Made by a program: the position numbers and the translations under genes
The notes under the pieces: model-generated
Told to the model about the DNA's origin: nothing
What the model saw: the letters and a program-made list of their open reading frames with translations, nothing else
Databases searched by the model: none
In this document: positions 47,495 through 62,200 of the stretch, piece after piece
Layout of the letters: every line of letters starts with the position of its first letter
Numbering within the stretch: position 1 is the first letter of the stretch
Source of the DNA: Flaccisagitta enflata
Lineage: Eukaryota
DNA: 64,000 nt
NCBI GenBank assembly: GCA_965153355.1
Contig: OZ231126.1
Span: forward strand, 11,408,001-11,472,000
Reading direction: 5' to 3'

Positions 47495-47840
47495 AAAAAA
47501 CATAGCTTTATATTTAAGCTTCTAGTTACTGAATTTTTCATTAGCTGTAAATTTTAGGTAACGTGTGACATGTGACGACAAAATCATTAAATATGGAGCT
47601 TACACGATTAGGTAAGAAATAAACATTTTTACAATACGTGGACGTGGTAACAAACCACTGGTTAGGAATTCAAACAAGTAGACAATAAACCTTACATATG
47701 GATTTTACAAAATTTGGTTAAGAATCTCCGTCACTGTCATGTCTTATAAATGTCATATTGTTTGGCGATGAACTAACATTTCTATGCTAGGAATTCGCAC
47801 ACACGAGGCAAGAATTTGCTTCTTTTCTCAAGCACACTCC

Positions 47841-48138
47841 GTAATCTGGGGTGAGATTAAACCCCGGGGGTTGCTTGGGGTTGCTCGGGGTTGCTTGGGG
47901 TTGCTAAGGGTTGCTCGGGTTTGCTCAGGGTTGAACCCCAAGTAAACCCCAAGCAACCCAAGCTCGGGGTTTGCTTGGGGTTCCTCGGGGTTTGCTTGGG
48001 ATTGAAAGAAATCCTTTAGTTATTTACTCCTGAGCAAACCCCGAGCAACCCCAAGCAACCCCAAGGAACCCCAAGTAACCCCGAGCAAAACCTGAGCAAC
48101 CTCGGGGTTTAATCTCACTGTTTTACATTACAGATTAC
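47841..48138. mobile_element. Foldback-type palindromic element with 10-bp subrepeats
   Basis: GTGAGATTAAACCCC (47851) / GGGGTTTAATCTCAC (48118); (GGGGTTGCTY)n mirrored by (RAGCAACCCC)n; outer GTAATCTG/CAGATTAC. Confidence 0.7.
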
Positions 48139-48731
48139 CTGGTGAAGCAGGCTTGTGTCACAAGAGGTGGTCCAATCTTTTTTATATATCAGATATCAAA
48201 CATTATATCTATCATGATTTCATAATTAAATTTGATATAAAATTTAAAATACTTGAATTGTAAAAATATAAAAAAATCTTTTTACAAGACCTTTATAGTG
48301 AAAAAAGATATCTAAAAAAAAATATATAAAATTTTTTTTTATTTATGATGTATCGCAAATGTGTAACCACTTATTGTAACAAGAGCCAGCTCACAATTGG
48401 AAGAGAAAGAAATTGTTTTGTGTCATCACAGTCATTGGCATGGCTAAAACATGAATTACGACACGAGTTACGACATGAATTACGACATGAGTTACGACAT
48501 GTCACCATTAGCTGTAACATAACTACATAAGTAACGACACGACCTCAAAAACTGGACACTGGACAAAAGAAGAAATGGGTAGCATTCAAATTTGCATTGT
48601 TTATCAAATTTCGAAAATTGACAGAAGTGAGTAACGATTTTGTTTGCGTAAATGGACAAAGGAGAAGAGAAAGAATTCATCATCAGTCATGTTTTTGCGT
48701 GGTACCGGTGATTGAGTGTTTGCGTAACTGG

Positions 48732-48856
<125 letters not shown>

Positions 48857-49114
48857 AGAGAGAGAGAGAGAGAGAGAAAGACAGACAGACAGACAGACAG
48901 AGAGAAAAGAGTGAATACCGGCACAAACTTATTCATGATCAGAAGCTGATGACAGTCTTTACACAACGCGACATATTGTATGTAGTCTTATAATTTGTTT
49001 GTATATTTTTCTCGATGAGGCAGGTTTTGACCGGATGATCTGATTACTCAAGAACATTTGGTTCAAAATTAATCACAATTAAGCGTCTGAGTGAGGCGGA
49101 AACAAACAAACAGA

Positions 49115-49237
<123 letters not shown>

Positions 49238-50491
49238 AGAGAGCAAAATTCAGTTTGTAAACGGTTAAAACAAATTTGCATCTCTTGATTCGTCTCTACG
49301 CATCTTAACTAAACAATCCAGAATAAAGAGTGAGAGTAAAAAACCGGTTGCCTGTTGAGAGTGCGCTGACAGACAGACATGCGGGAAGAGAGACAGACAG
49401 ACAGACAAACGGGTAGACAAATAGACAGATAAATAGTCAATTATACAAATAGACAGACAGAAAGACAGCACACAGACAGACAAGTGGACAGAGAAGCACA
49501 CAAACAGGTGGTGACATTTTGAAGAGAGGAAATTATGGAAAATGGACATCATAGGCGAATGTCAGAGGAAATAAACATGTAAGTCAAATCTGATGCTCTC
49601 TAATGTAAGAACAAAGATATCTCAGGTGCTTATGCACAGAAAAGAATGAATGTAAATCGCTCTTAATGTCATCCTTCGAGCCAGAGAAAAAAGAAAAAAA
49701 AAAAAAGATTGAGAATATGCGCAATCTGAACGGGCAGATAATCATTTGCGAGATCCTGTTGATCGTATACTGAGCCAAGGCAATTGTCATGATTCTCAGA
49801 AAGTACAATTCATGAGTGTCACGAATGCCATCAATTTGCTTATACCATATTCACTAATAGTATAATATGATATAATGAATGATATAGTGAATCACTATAT
49901 CATTTATTATATCATATTATATATTATATTATATCATGTTTATGTTCCACCTATCATTCATACAGATTTCTTCTTTATTCATGCAAAAATCAATTTCATA
50001 TCAGTTTTGCAGTTATGCCGCTCAACAAAAGAAATGATCATAGTCTTGTTTTTTATCTCATTTGATTTTTTTATTCATATGATACGAGACATGTCTTTCA
50101 AAAGGATAATTCTGATTCCTGTCTGCAAAATTCGAAGGGGAAATGACATTTCAAATGACATCTCTTATGGATATAGACTTATCTTTAATCGCAATTCCAA
50201 ATATGGCTATAAATGTTGGTCGGTCTCCGCAAGCGGCGTTTCGCATCCCTGCCCCTGACCCTGTCTGCCCCTGTCCCGGTCCCTGTTCAACACCTTTGAC
50301 ACAAATGGCCTTTGCATCACTGTCTTTGATCACCCGCTCACACTCGTTTTCAGTCTTTGACATACATTTTGCTATTCATGTTTAGATTGCAAACGGACGG
50401 AAAAATCGACTCAACGAAATGCATATACTAGGCAGTATACACTCTCCTTCGTGGACGGGTGGACAGGAGTGGAAGACCTAAAAAAAAAACG

Positions 50492-50596
<105 letters not shown>

Positions 50597-51188
50597 CAGA
50601 GAGGCCACGCGATCCACCAAATTGGGCCATGCCATTGAATCTACTTTTTTTGACGGACCGACCAAGCCTAACACATGTCCATATTTACGCGGAAAAACAC
50701 TAACGCGCAAAAAGTATGAAAAGCACACTAGTACTAGTCGGCTCAGTGTAATGGAATTTTTGCTGTAGTGGCCCAATGATTGCGGAACACTTCAGTAAAA
50801 ATCTTTTCTAACTGGGCCAATTAGAAGTATGATTCCCATACTTTTTATGCCAAAGCGTTTTTCCGCCTAATTGTGGGACATGTGTTAAAATAATTTTTGT
50901 GAATCAACACGTGGATCGGTGCGTGCGTGCGTGCACATATGCACGAAGCGCACTCGTTTGGGCGCACGCGTGCACACGCGCGTGCAGGTGATAAAAGGCG
51001 TGTGCTAGAACAATCTCGCACATCAAAACCACTTAGAACTTTAATTACCGATTCTCAGGCAATTAAATCGTCGACTCGCCAACTTGTTGAATCCCACGTA
51101 AAATACATCTCTTTTGTCTCTTTTGTCTCTTTTGTCTCTTTTTTGTGTGTCTATTTCTCTGTGCTTGTTAGCTATCTGACTGCTTGTT

Positions 51189-51264
<76 letters not shown>

Positions 51265-51272
51265 TCATTCTT

Positions 51273-51324
<52 letters not shown>

Positions 51325-54118
51325 ACTTCATTCAGACGCACACTTTTCTTCTGGCGTGATTTAATTGCGAAATAATTCTTATCATTCGCTCTCTCGAATT
51401 CAATGAGGAGGCAGAAAAGAAAGGCAATGAATTGAAAATGATGAAAAAAAAAAAAAGACAAAGCGAGATGGACAAAGCAGAAGGGAAAAAATAAACAATA
51501 AGGGAGAACAAGAAATAATAAATAAATGTACTATCCTAGAGAAAAACAATCTTCCGCTTTGAAAAAAGGTCAAGTAAGCCAAGTAGGTGCGCTATATGGA
51601 TTGCTAAACATTAGCGTTACCGACCAACTAACAGATCAACAGACTAACCAACCAACCAACTGACGGACACAGCAAAATATAGAGGTGTTTTGGTGCACCT
51701 AAAACTTTAAAGGAGTCTAACTTATAAACAAACTGAGCTCTGCACCCAGATTGATCAAATTTGAAAAAGTTGAGACAACTTTTTCAAATAAGACCAATCT
51801 GATATCGTGAATGTATTAGACGAGTATTGACAACAGAAGATTGCAAAAATGTGAATTTTCACACAGTGATTCTGAGCTTCATCAGACGCAAAGAAACGAG
51901 ACGATGCCAAACTAACAACAGTCCAACTTCCACTGTAACCAACCTGAAATCTGTAGTTTTATTCATTCAGCGGTGACAAACCTTTCAAATTTTTCCCAAG
52001 CGGAAGACTTTTTTCCAAGATCGTAATTAACCCTTTTAAAACGATGCATACTGACATGAGCTGGATTCATGAACAGATCTGCTATGATTTATCAAGATTT
52101 TGAGTCAAATAGCCATGGATATAGCCTTCAATAGATTATAGCCTGTCATTGGCAGGTCAAGATTTGTGGTCAAGTAGACACAAAGATTACCTTTAATAGA
52201 TGATTAGTCATAATCTTGAGTCAAAAAGCCAACCATAACTCAAAATCTGAAGTCAAATAGCTCTGCCGTGGCAGCCTTAAAGTTAAACTAAAGAACAAGC
52301 CCAATAGGGCAACGATGCGTCCTCTTTTGATCTCTGTGCAGAGAGAGCTGAGTGACAAGAAAGTATGACTACATTGACTTTTGCATATTGCAATTCATAC
52401 CTTAAATGTCCTAGTTTACTAAGTACACAGGTATACTTTTTATACATCACTAAAAAGATAGTATAGCAAGAAAGATATAGTGAAAGATGTAATCATTGAG
52501 GCACAAAAGATGGAATATAGCCTCTCAATAAAAGAGGAATAAACTCTTTTGGATTTCGCATTCAGCTTCAAAGATTTTGATTTTATAAAACTGAATTCCA
52601 GAGGTGGGAAAGATGGGGGCAAGATCAATTAAATATGGTGTTGCGCAAGTCTAAAGATGCGAGGACGCATCTAAAAATGATCAGGGGTGGTTGGTGAGTT
52701 ATTGGAGATGGATGAGTGGGATTTTTGAGGTGGGGTTATCGGATGGATGGACATACATTTGGATGGATGGACAGACCCTCTTATAGAGATGCGAGGACGC
52801 ATCTAAAAAACACTTATCACTCCGCAACGTTTATAGGACGATATATAATAAACCGTAGAATATTCAATTAAACCATAACAACTTAGATGAAAGAAAAAAA
52901 GTTCTTTCCTACTTTCCGTTCAATGTTAAACAGGTTTTGAGAAATATTCTCTCTCTCTCTTTCTCTCTCTCTCTCATTGTAGCTTGGGTGGTCCTTGAAT
53001 GTATCGTCTGATTTCTTTTATGACTTTTTTTTCCTCCTTAAACCTGGGAAATCATTTCCCGCTACCACGAGAAAATTTGGTACTACCTAAATTCGGTACA
53101 CATCGATGTGACCTACCACCAATACCACCAATGATATTGCATAATCTCATTGAGTGGCAGACACGCGGCTCAATACGTTGCTGTGTCCGTCGTTGCGTCG
53201 GTGCGTCGTTGCGTCGGTGCGTCGTTCCGTCACATTGTTGAATTAAAGGGTCTTTTTTTGTCCATTTTATAGCGTTATAAGTTTTTCTGAGGTAGGTGAG
53301 TGTGAAGTAATGTTGCACTGTAGTTCCGCAGTATTGTAGTACTGCCCCTGCCCAACCTTCCGCCGCTTTTGCCCTGTTTGCTCGTTAGATGAGCGATTTC
53401 CTGCGACGACCGTCCATCAGACAGACAAACAAAGACGTTTTTTAGATTTATGATGTATTGAACTTAATGACAAATTGGTAATCCAATAATAAATCGAAAA
53501 TGAAGATATAGAGATATACAGACAGTTTAAACAATAAGGACTATGGAAACATAGTCTTAGGAAGTCTTACGAAGAAACTCTTAAGGTTCATTTAAGATTG
53601 AAAAAAAAAAAGAAAAAGAAAGTAGCTAAAAAGTAAATGAAAAAAAAAAAGAAAAAGAAAAGGAAAAAAAGAAGACGAATCAAAAAGCAAAGGAAAAAAA
53701 GAAGAAAAAAGGAGAAAATAAGTTTCGTCCTTGTCGTCGTTTTTGGGCGTTTGAGAAAACTTCCACGCGAATCCATCTGTTGTTGTTTTAAGCCCGATTA
53801 TCCTCCTACCAACTGTTGTTTTTTGCCCTCTGACTGTTGATCTTTTCTTCGCCGACTGTTGATGCACGCTGGTGGAGGTCTCGATTATGTCATTGCCGTT
53901 GGGATATGTATATATCGCCCTTTTCCTTCTTTCTTTTTTCTGTCTGTCTCTCTGTAATTCATACTGTCTTTCTCTCTGTCTTTGTCTCTGTCTTTTCCTA
54001 AATCTTTGACTCTGTCCCTCTCTTTGTCTCTTTGTCTCTGTCTCTATCTGCCTGTCTGTCTGTCTGTGTGTCTGTCTGTGTGTCTGTCTGTCTCTGTCTG
54101 TGTGTCTGTCTGTCTGTC

Positions 54119-54159
<41 letters not shown>

Positions 54160-54202
54160 GTGTCTGTGTATCTGTGTGTCTGTCTGTCTGTCTGTTTGTC
54201 TT

Positions 54203-54233
<31 letters not shown>

Positions 54234-54234
54234 T

Positions 54235-54269
<35 letters not shown>

Positions 54270-54942
54270 GTCTGTCTCTCTCTATGAATGATATTGTATT
54301 CGTCAAAGAAATGACAGTAGCAAACCACAACACACCAAAAACTGAATAAAGCTATAAACTAGCAATTTTAATCCTCTACATTTTCCAATTTTGTGTAAAT
54401 TGCAATACGATGCACAACTTCGTTTTGTGTCTCGCCATTCAAGCATTTAGAAAGAAATCTTCTGTCTCTCTGTCTCTGTCTCCTTCTGTCTCTCTTTCTC
54501 TCTCTCTTGCTCTTCGATCTTCAACTTTTGATATTTTCGCAGAATTGATCAATAATTTATTTTGATGGCTGACTTTTTCAACGACATCCAGCTGCAACTA
54601 GAAACTAGGAGGCTAAGGTTTTTGCTCCGGTAAAATAGTATTAAAGGAACTTTGCACCAGCTTGTCAGCATTGAATGACCTTACTTTACTGCCAAAATTA
54701 TTTCGCGGCAGTTAGCAAGTAAACAACTAAACAAGTTTCTGCAATTGTTTTTGTTGGATGTTTCATTGTGCTCTCGGCAGGCGATAGTATTTTGTAAACC
54801 TCCCGAGAGGCCTCATAAGTTTCTGTTGGTAACCCTTTTCGGTCAAAACTTGCCAGTCCTACGAAATTTTGCATAAAGAAATGGTAGGTCATGTGCTTTT
54901 TGGCAAATCCAATCTCAATTTCCGAAAATGAATACTTTAATA

Positions 54943-55549
54943 GTCACAGTGCAAACGAAGGCAAAATTAGGCAACCATATATATTCATAACTTGCTTTAC
55001 TTTAAATTATAACAAATCAAAGTATAGTTTGTTTTTTTTTAGTTTTATTATTTACATACTTAATGCTTAAAAAAAACTAACCAAGAGACTTGGTATTGCA
55101 TTGGTGAGAGACAGAAACAAACACTCATTTGCAAGAATTCGCTGAAAATACAGTTGCAAAAATTTAAGAAGCAGTGAGGTGAAATTCTAAGACTGTCTCC
55201 AGATGCAAATTTTTGCATTTCTAAGAACATGGCCCTATTCTTTTATGTTTTTAGAATAGAGCTATGTTTTTGGAAATGCAAATTTTTCAAATTAGAAGCC
55301 GGCTTATAATTTCACCCAATACAACTTTGATTGCAAAATCAAATTTTCATCATAAATCCACAATTTTTTCATAATTTATCTTCATTTTTCTTACATTTAG
55401 GTGAGATATCAACTATCTTTCATGCAAAAATATCAATTATAAAAATGAAAAAACCTATTTTTAATTTAAAAAATCATCATTTAATGATATTTAAAGTTGT
55501 CTAAAAAATGTGTGGACTCAATAAATTTTGTCTTCGTTTGCACTGTGAC
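54943..55549. mobile_element. MITE with 26-bp TIRs containing CACAGTG
   Basis: GTCACAGTGCAAACGAAGGCAAAATT / AATTTTGTCTTCGTTTGCACTGTGAC; AT-rich non-coding interior; TSD unclear. Confidence 0.75.
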
Positions 55550-55685
55550 GTAAGAAGTTTGAAAGATGATTTTTTTGATTTTTAGTCGCGTGCACGCGAC
55601 TCTACAACCCGCTTTGTCCGTCGGTCGGTTGGTCGGTCGGTCGGTTGGTTGGTCACACTTTACTTTTTTTATTAATTTTATTTCT

Positions 55686-56230
55686 TTAAGTCATTTTTAG
55701 TCATTTTTAGTCATTCTAAGTAATTCTAAGTCATTTTAAGTCATTCTAAGTCATTCTAAGTCATTCTAAGTCATTTTAAGTCATTATTGTCATTTTAGTC
55801 AATATAGTCCTTTTCATCATTTTAAGTCATTCTATGTCATTTAAAGTTACTTTAAGTCATTTAAAGTGATTTTAAGTCATTTCAAGTGATTTTAAGGCAT
55901 TTTAAGTCATTCCAAGTCATTTTAAGTCATTATTGTCATTTTAGTCAATATAGTCCTTTTCATCATTTTAAGTCATTCTATGTCATTTAAAGTTATTTTA
56001 AGTCATCTCAAGTGATTTAAGTCATTTCAAGTGATTTTATGGCATCTTAAGTCATTCTTAGTCATTTTAAGTCATTATTGTCATTTTAGTCAATATAATC
56101 CTTTTCATCATTTTAAATCATTTTAAGTCATTCAAAGTCATTTTATGTCATTATAAGTCATTATACATCATTTTAAGTCATTTTTAATCATTCTAACTCC
56201 TTCTTAGTCATTTTAGTCATTTTAATCAAT
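55686..56230. repeat. 10-bp TAAGTCATTY tandem array inside a HINE-like element
   Basis: Directly visible; the same unit occurs at 18425-18454 and 19001-19150. Confidence 0.9.
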
Positions 56231-57532
56231 TTTATTATTTCACTTTTTATTTACATAATTATAGGTAATTAAAGGTCATTATGCAATTTTGGTTCAAATT
56301 TTTAAGTGGCCTTAAGCATCACTTCCCTGCCTACCTGCATACAAGAACGGTATCCGTATATTCAACCTCGTTAGGATCGCAACGATGCTTCCTCTGTCGA
56401 TGCAACCTCTGTCACCGCCCGCGAAATTTGTCTTGCATGTCATATATAAGGGACAGAAAGACAGACAGACAGACAGACTGCCTGAAATTCTTATGCAACA
56501 GTCAAAGGAGCCTCTCAAGACATTTGCATCAGTCAGTTGATGCACTGTCGGATCTCACAACAGCCGAAAAATGCCGCAAAATGCCTTTATCAAAAAAATA
56601 GGCGTAGCGCCAGTAGTGGATACTCAGGCCGACCAATCAGCAAACTGATCGATGGACCGACCGATGGACGGATCGACGGACGGATCAACAGACAAACCCT
56701 CGTGTAGAGGTGCGAGGACAGATCTAATTCTAACAGCTCATTTGGGAGGACGGAGGCCGAGTTCACATTAATCGGGCGGTGAAGTTAACATGATGTAAAA
56801 TCGAGTCTTTTGTCTTTTGTTTCATGTGGTCAAGTCACGCCACAGCGAATGATGTTAACTCGAGTCTTTTGTCTTTTGTTTTATAAGGTCAAGTCACGCC
56901 ACAGCGAATGATGTTAACTCGAGTCTTTTGTCTTTTTTTTCATAAGTTCAAGTCACGCCACAGCGAATGGTTTTTGAAATCTTAGAAGAAAAATATTTTT
57001 GTGATTACATGGAAAATAAATTGAATAGATTATTATGGATTTCTTTTTAAGATCAATCTGTTATCACTGTGTAATCTGTTTGGAAAATCAATCCTCCCCT
57101 CCTTTATTTTTCAAAACTTTTTTGTACAGGGCCAGACAAAGAAATTTTAGGTCCCCTAAAAATCTAAAAATCCGGGCCCCCCTCTCAATCATAATGGGAA
57201 AAGTATTTAACTTTTATTCCTTTATGCATCATGTTGATCATCTATAATCATTCATAACTTCAGCCATGTTTGCACTTGATTAAATTAAGATTTCATTTGT
57301 CTTGCTGAAATGCTTAGACCACAGCATAAATTTCTTGTAAAACTATTATTTACATTTTTTGTAAATATCTGATCAGATAATCAAGGCAGTATTTCCTAAA
57401 ATTGCTCCTATTTCAAAATAATTTGAATCATTATTTTTAAATTAGTCGCAAATGGAAGATAATTTCAATAATCAAATACAATCTCTAGCTCAAGCTACTC
57501 TGAAATGATAGAAATTTCAACAAAGACAATTA

Positions 57533-57876
57533 CCATATTTTCTCTTATTAGCGCCCAGGGCGCTTACAAAATTGAAAAATGACATTGCCTGTTTTACCTC
57601 CTAATTAGCGCCCCCTGTAGCATGTCAGACAAAGAATGAAATACTGAAAAACAAAGTAAAACAGAAGATTTCAGGTGCGGAAAAATCAAAATGAATAATT
57701 TCAACAAAAGAATCCAAACATGAAGTTAGAAAAATGAAAAAAAAAAACAAACAAAACATAATGATCAATTGAATATTTGACAATTTTCTATGAAAATAAA
57801 AAGCATAGCTAAGATGAAAATTTTTTTAAGAGGTGGGCGCTAATTAGAGTAGGGGCGCTAATTAGAGGAAATACGG
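57533..57876. mobile_element. pogo/Tigger-like MITE (duplicate of 11688-12022)
   Basis: TA|CCATATTTTCTCTTATTAGCGCCC ... GGGCGCTAATTAGAGGAAATACGG|TA. Confidence 0.7.
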
Positions 57877-59109
57877 TAGCTTAGCTAAGCCCACTTTGAG
57901 ATTGATCACCATTTATCTGCAAAATGAAATTGAACACAAATGAATCAAGCACTTTTTTTTATATTTTTAGTCACGTGCTACGCAAATCTACACCCCGCTA
58001 TGTCGATCCCTCAGTCGGTTAGTTGGTTGGTTGGTTAGTCCATCCGTCCGTCAGTCGGTTGGTTGGTCCGTCGGTTGGTTGGTTGGTTGGTCGGTGGTCC
58101 CCTTTTTACTTTTTTGGGATTTTCAAGCTTTTAGAGCATAGTGCTCCTGCCCAGATGCCCTGGTGACTTTCTCCAGCACTGCTCCTGCCCACCCGCACGC
58201 GACTAGGGTAGCCGTGTATCCGGCCTTGTTTTTTTTAGTTGCAGACATGCAGCTCTATTAGAGCTTTTGTCCATCCATCCGTGTGTCCATCCATTGGTCC
58301 GTCCATTGGTCCGTCTGTCCGTCCGTCCTTCCGTCCGTCCGTCTGTCCATCCGTCCATCCGTCCGTTCATCGGTCCATCTGTCCGTCTGTCTGTCCGTCC
58401 GTCCATCCGTCCATAAAAAGTTTTTTAGTGGCGACTATTAGTGAGTTGGTCTGTCTATTAATCCATTGATGGATCAGTTGGAAGGTCGCTAATGTTCCAA
58501 AATTATAACCATTTTAAGCCATTTTGAATCGTGATTAAGTTTTAATATGTGTTTGTTCATAGGTCTATTTGTCGGTCAGTTTATATCCTTAAAACATTTC
58601 AGGCTTGTAAAGGTGGTTTTGAATTTGATTATGCACTTATGCAATTACGTAATTGTATGTGTAATTGTAAAGTAGAACACCGTACTATAGTTCGTTTTGG
58701 CGTGGTTTTATGAAGAATTGTTGTGTTTATATATAATCTTTACATTCAAAAGACCAATTTCAGCATTCGCTTTGGCGTGATGCTCCCTTCAGAACTTCGC
58801 GTTGGTCCAAAGCGAATAAAATTCATCCGACTCGGATAACAACGAGTGAAAAAAAAGACAGATTTAAAAATGAAAAGAAAAAAAAGAAAGAAAAGAAAAC
58901 TTTTGAAAATTGAGCGAGGCGGGAATTCAAGAGAGTTTCTAATCTGGAAGTAGACATTTATCTTTTAATTCTTTCCGGCTATCGACTATGTTGACCAATG
59001 ACCAAGTGTACACGGCTGCCCCAGTTGTGTGGGTCAACAGGGGCGATATGTTGTGAAACTATTCAAAAGCCTATCAACGCCATAGAAATGGATTTATGAC
59101 ATATCAACG

Positions 59110-60218
59110 CAGGCCTCTTGATTCTGGGGCAGCGAGCAGCGCCGCTTGTCGGCATGGTAAGAAAGATATCGGCAGGTCTCAGAATAAGAAGGAGGAGAAG
59201 GGGAAGAAGGAAGAGGAAGAAAACGAAGACGATTATGAAGACGAAGACGAAGACGTAATAAAGGGAGAAATGCTGGTTGAAGAATCGCAATTTAAGCTAG
59301 CTTTAGGATAATTTGCATATTGCAGTTTTAAGATTACTGCTCCATTGCAATGTCGCTGATTTGATTTACAGTCAATTCGAACTCGAATCATATCTTGAAC
59401 TAAATGTCAATTAATTGTAAAAGAGAGGGTGCAATTCTCATGAACAATAGTTAGTTGTCAACGTTGTTATGCGTTGTACGTAGCAATCCGCATCAGATTT
59501 GCACTGATGAGTAAATCATTGAAAACACAACTTTGATTGAGATGGTTAAGTCCAATGCTTCAAATGCCGAGTTTTAGTTATGGATGCTTGGCTCAGATGT
59601 CAGGCTGAGAACTAGCACGATAATTGTATGGTTGTTTTGGGCAACTGTAACCACTCGTTTCATTTGTCTCCCTATGGGTTAAGCAAAATAATCGATATCC
59701 TTTTTGTCAGCAAGAGTAGGTTGTTCAAAGAATAGGAAAGTAGGAACAACTGAACACCCTATTTGGATAGCCTTGCTCCCGTGTTTCGTCATGGTTCATG
59801 CAACTCGGGGACAGAATATTCTTTCAAGAAAAACTCGTTGGAAGTGTTGACAGTTGAAAGTTATCACAAAAGCAGATCGCAAACTATCTTGAAGTTTTTT
59901 TCGCGATATTGCACCGTCAAAATATTTTCATTTGATAATTGGATTATCCTATTAAGGAACTGTTGATTAGCGTCAGTTAAAAAAAAAAAAAGAAAAAAGA
60001 TGGTCCCGTTTTATTGATAAAGCAGGCATTTACTGGACTCAAGTCTGAGACTGAATGTACAATTAATCACTGCTTAGTGACGTTTTGAGCATGGTAAGCA
60101 TGGTAGGTATCATGCTGCTTTAGATTGTGATTGGGGTGGGGGGGCTTCACTTTTCTGGTCGGCAGCGTTGTAGGAAAGAATTTTGCTTCTCGGCAGGAAA
60201 GAAGAATCAAGAGGCCTG
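59110..60218. mobile_element. Non-autonomous hAT element, 1109 bp, 16-bp perfect TIRs, 8-bp TSD TATCAACG
   Basis: CAGGCCTCTTGATTCT / AGAATCAAGAGGCCTG; TATCAACG at 59102-59109 and 60219-60226; single empty site in the left arm at about 9551-9558. Confidence 0.92.
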
Positions 60219-61287
60219 TATCAACGGATGGACCGACCGACCAATGGAAACACCGACACAGCTGTCTTGGGAAGAAAATGTTAGGCGCAGTTCTTACAAA
60301 CTCAGGCCTTTCAAAACACTTCGAATTCAAGATTAGGCCAAAACAAACACTTTTAGTCGCGGGCACGCGACTCCTCACCCCGCTTTGTCGGTCCATCGGT
60401 CAGTCCGTCCGTAACACTTACTTTTTTCGCGTTTTTGATCTTTTTGGCCTTACTGCTCCTGCCCTCATGCTCCAGTGACCTCAAATATGGCCCCTGCCCA
60501 CCCGCACGCGACTGAGGTAGCCGTGTATCCGGCCTTGTTCATTCTATAATTCTATTATCAAAAAAAAAAAACAGAAAAAAAACTAGAAGACTTGAAACAA
60601 GGCAAATCATGGCCAGTATGTGCGCCTCGCTAATTAAGAATATATGAACTTCTTTTTTTTATTCAATGAAGGATCTTTATGAATGAACGTTGTTGATGAA
60701 TGAATGAGCGAGTCACTGAATAAATGAAAAAAAAATGAGAAAATGTAAAAGCCTTAGATTGTGTTGCCTTAAACGTTTGCGTGATGATAGATAGACCCAC
60801 AGACCCACAAACAGGGCGAAAGACAGACCGACCGACAGACAGAACCTCTTACAGATGTGCGAGGACTCACATAAAAAGGCATGGATGTGATTTACTCTTT
60901 GATTTAAGGTAATGCTGGTCAATGGTAATAAGTTTACATTTCTCACAAGTTACTGATAAACTAGGCCGGATTGGCCCGGATACACGGTCAACAATTCGAC
61001 GCTGGTGGGTTGGTAGGTGCAGTAAAGCGGGTGGAAAGGGGCAGTATGTGGGTGGGTGCGGCTATAGGCGAGTTCCCTCCTATAATCTCCGCCTTTTTTA
61101 GCTTCGCTACTAAAAACGAGGTTGGATACATCTTGGGTAAAAATATGATATCATTAACTTATAGATTCACGCGCACGCAACCCGAAAACTTGTTATATAC
61201 ACGCCAAACGATTTAACGTGCATTAATTATGTGTCTTAAAACCACAAACGATCGATTGGCGGCCCTCCCACACCAAACCCACAACGA

Positions 61288-61433
<146 letters not shown>

Positions 61434-61799
61434 AAGCTACGGTCTAAGAGGGTGTGTCCGTCGGTAGGTCTGTCTGTAAGTAGGTAACACAAATTTTTAG
61501 GTGTGCCATAGCACCGCTATGAGAGGCTCTGTCTGTCGGTTGGTTGGTCGGTCTGTAACGCTCGAGTTGAAAATCTCGAAAAGAAGCAAAAATCACTGGA
61601 AATGATTCAGAAATATGCTAGGATGATTTTTAAATGCGCCATAGTATCTCTATAAGAAGGTCTGTTCGTCCGTCCGTCCAATCGTTGGTCACGCTCGAAT
61701 GCAAAATCGCTAAAAATGTTTGAAATCAATAGAAAACTCATTTTGTTCATCATAAATGATACTCGTCATTTCATTCACTAATATAATCAGCTATGGTTA

Positions 61800-62200
61800 G
61801 GTCTTATAGAGCTGGGGATAGGTTGGATTGGTCTGGTGATAGGTCGGATAGGTCTGATAGAGCTGGAGATAGGTCTGATAGAGCTGGGGATAGGTCTGAT
61901 AGAGCTGGTGATAGGTCTGATAGAGCTCGGGATACGGATAGGTCTGATAGAGCTTGGGATAGGTCTGATAGAGCTCGGGAAAGGTCTGATAGAGCTCGCG
62001 AGAGGCCTGATAGAGTTCGGGAGAGGCCTGATAGAGCTCGGAATGGTCTGATAGAGCTAGGGATAGGTCTGATGGAGCTAGGGATAGCTATGGATTAATA
62101 ACGCCCGGCGGGATAGGTCTGATAGAGCTAGGAATGGTCTGATAGAGCTAAGGATAGGTCTGATGGAGCTAGGGATAGTTCTGATGGAGCTAGGGATAGC
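61800..62200. repeat. 21-bp minisatellite (GATAGGTCTGATAGAGCTRGG)n in a right-arm-specific insertion
   Basis: Directly visible tandem units without unique spacers. Confidence 0.9.

Noticed and set aside
50143-50385. ORFs 50143-50385 (+) and 50151-50363 (-)
   Set aside because: Short, no domain, no convincing splice signals.
61793-62200. CRISPR-like or repeat-protein reading of the 21-bp array (also 47115-47410 and 12585-12710)
   Set aside because: Head-to-tail units with no unique spacers, no cas genes, eukaryotic context.
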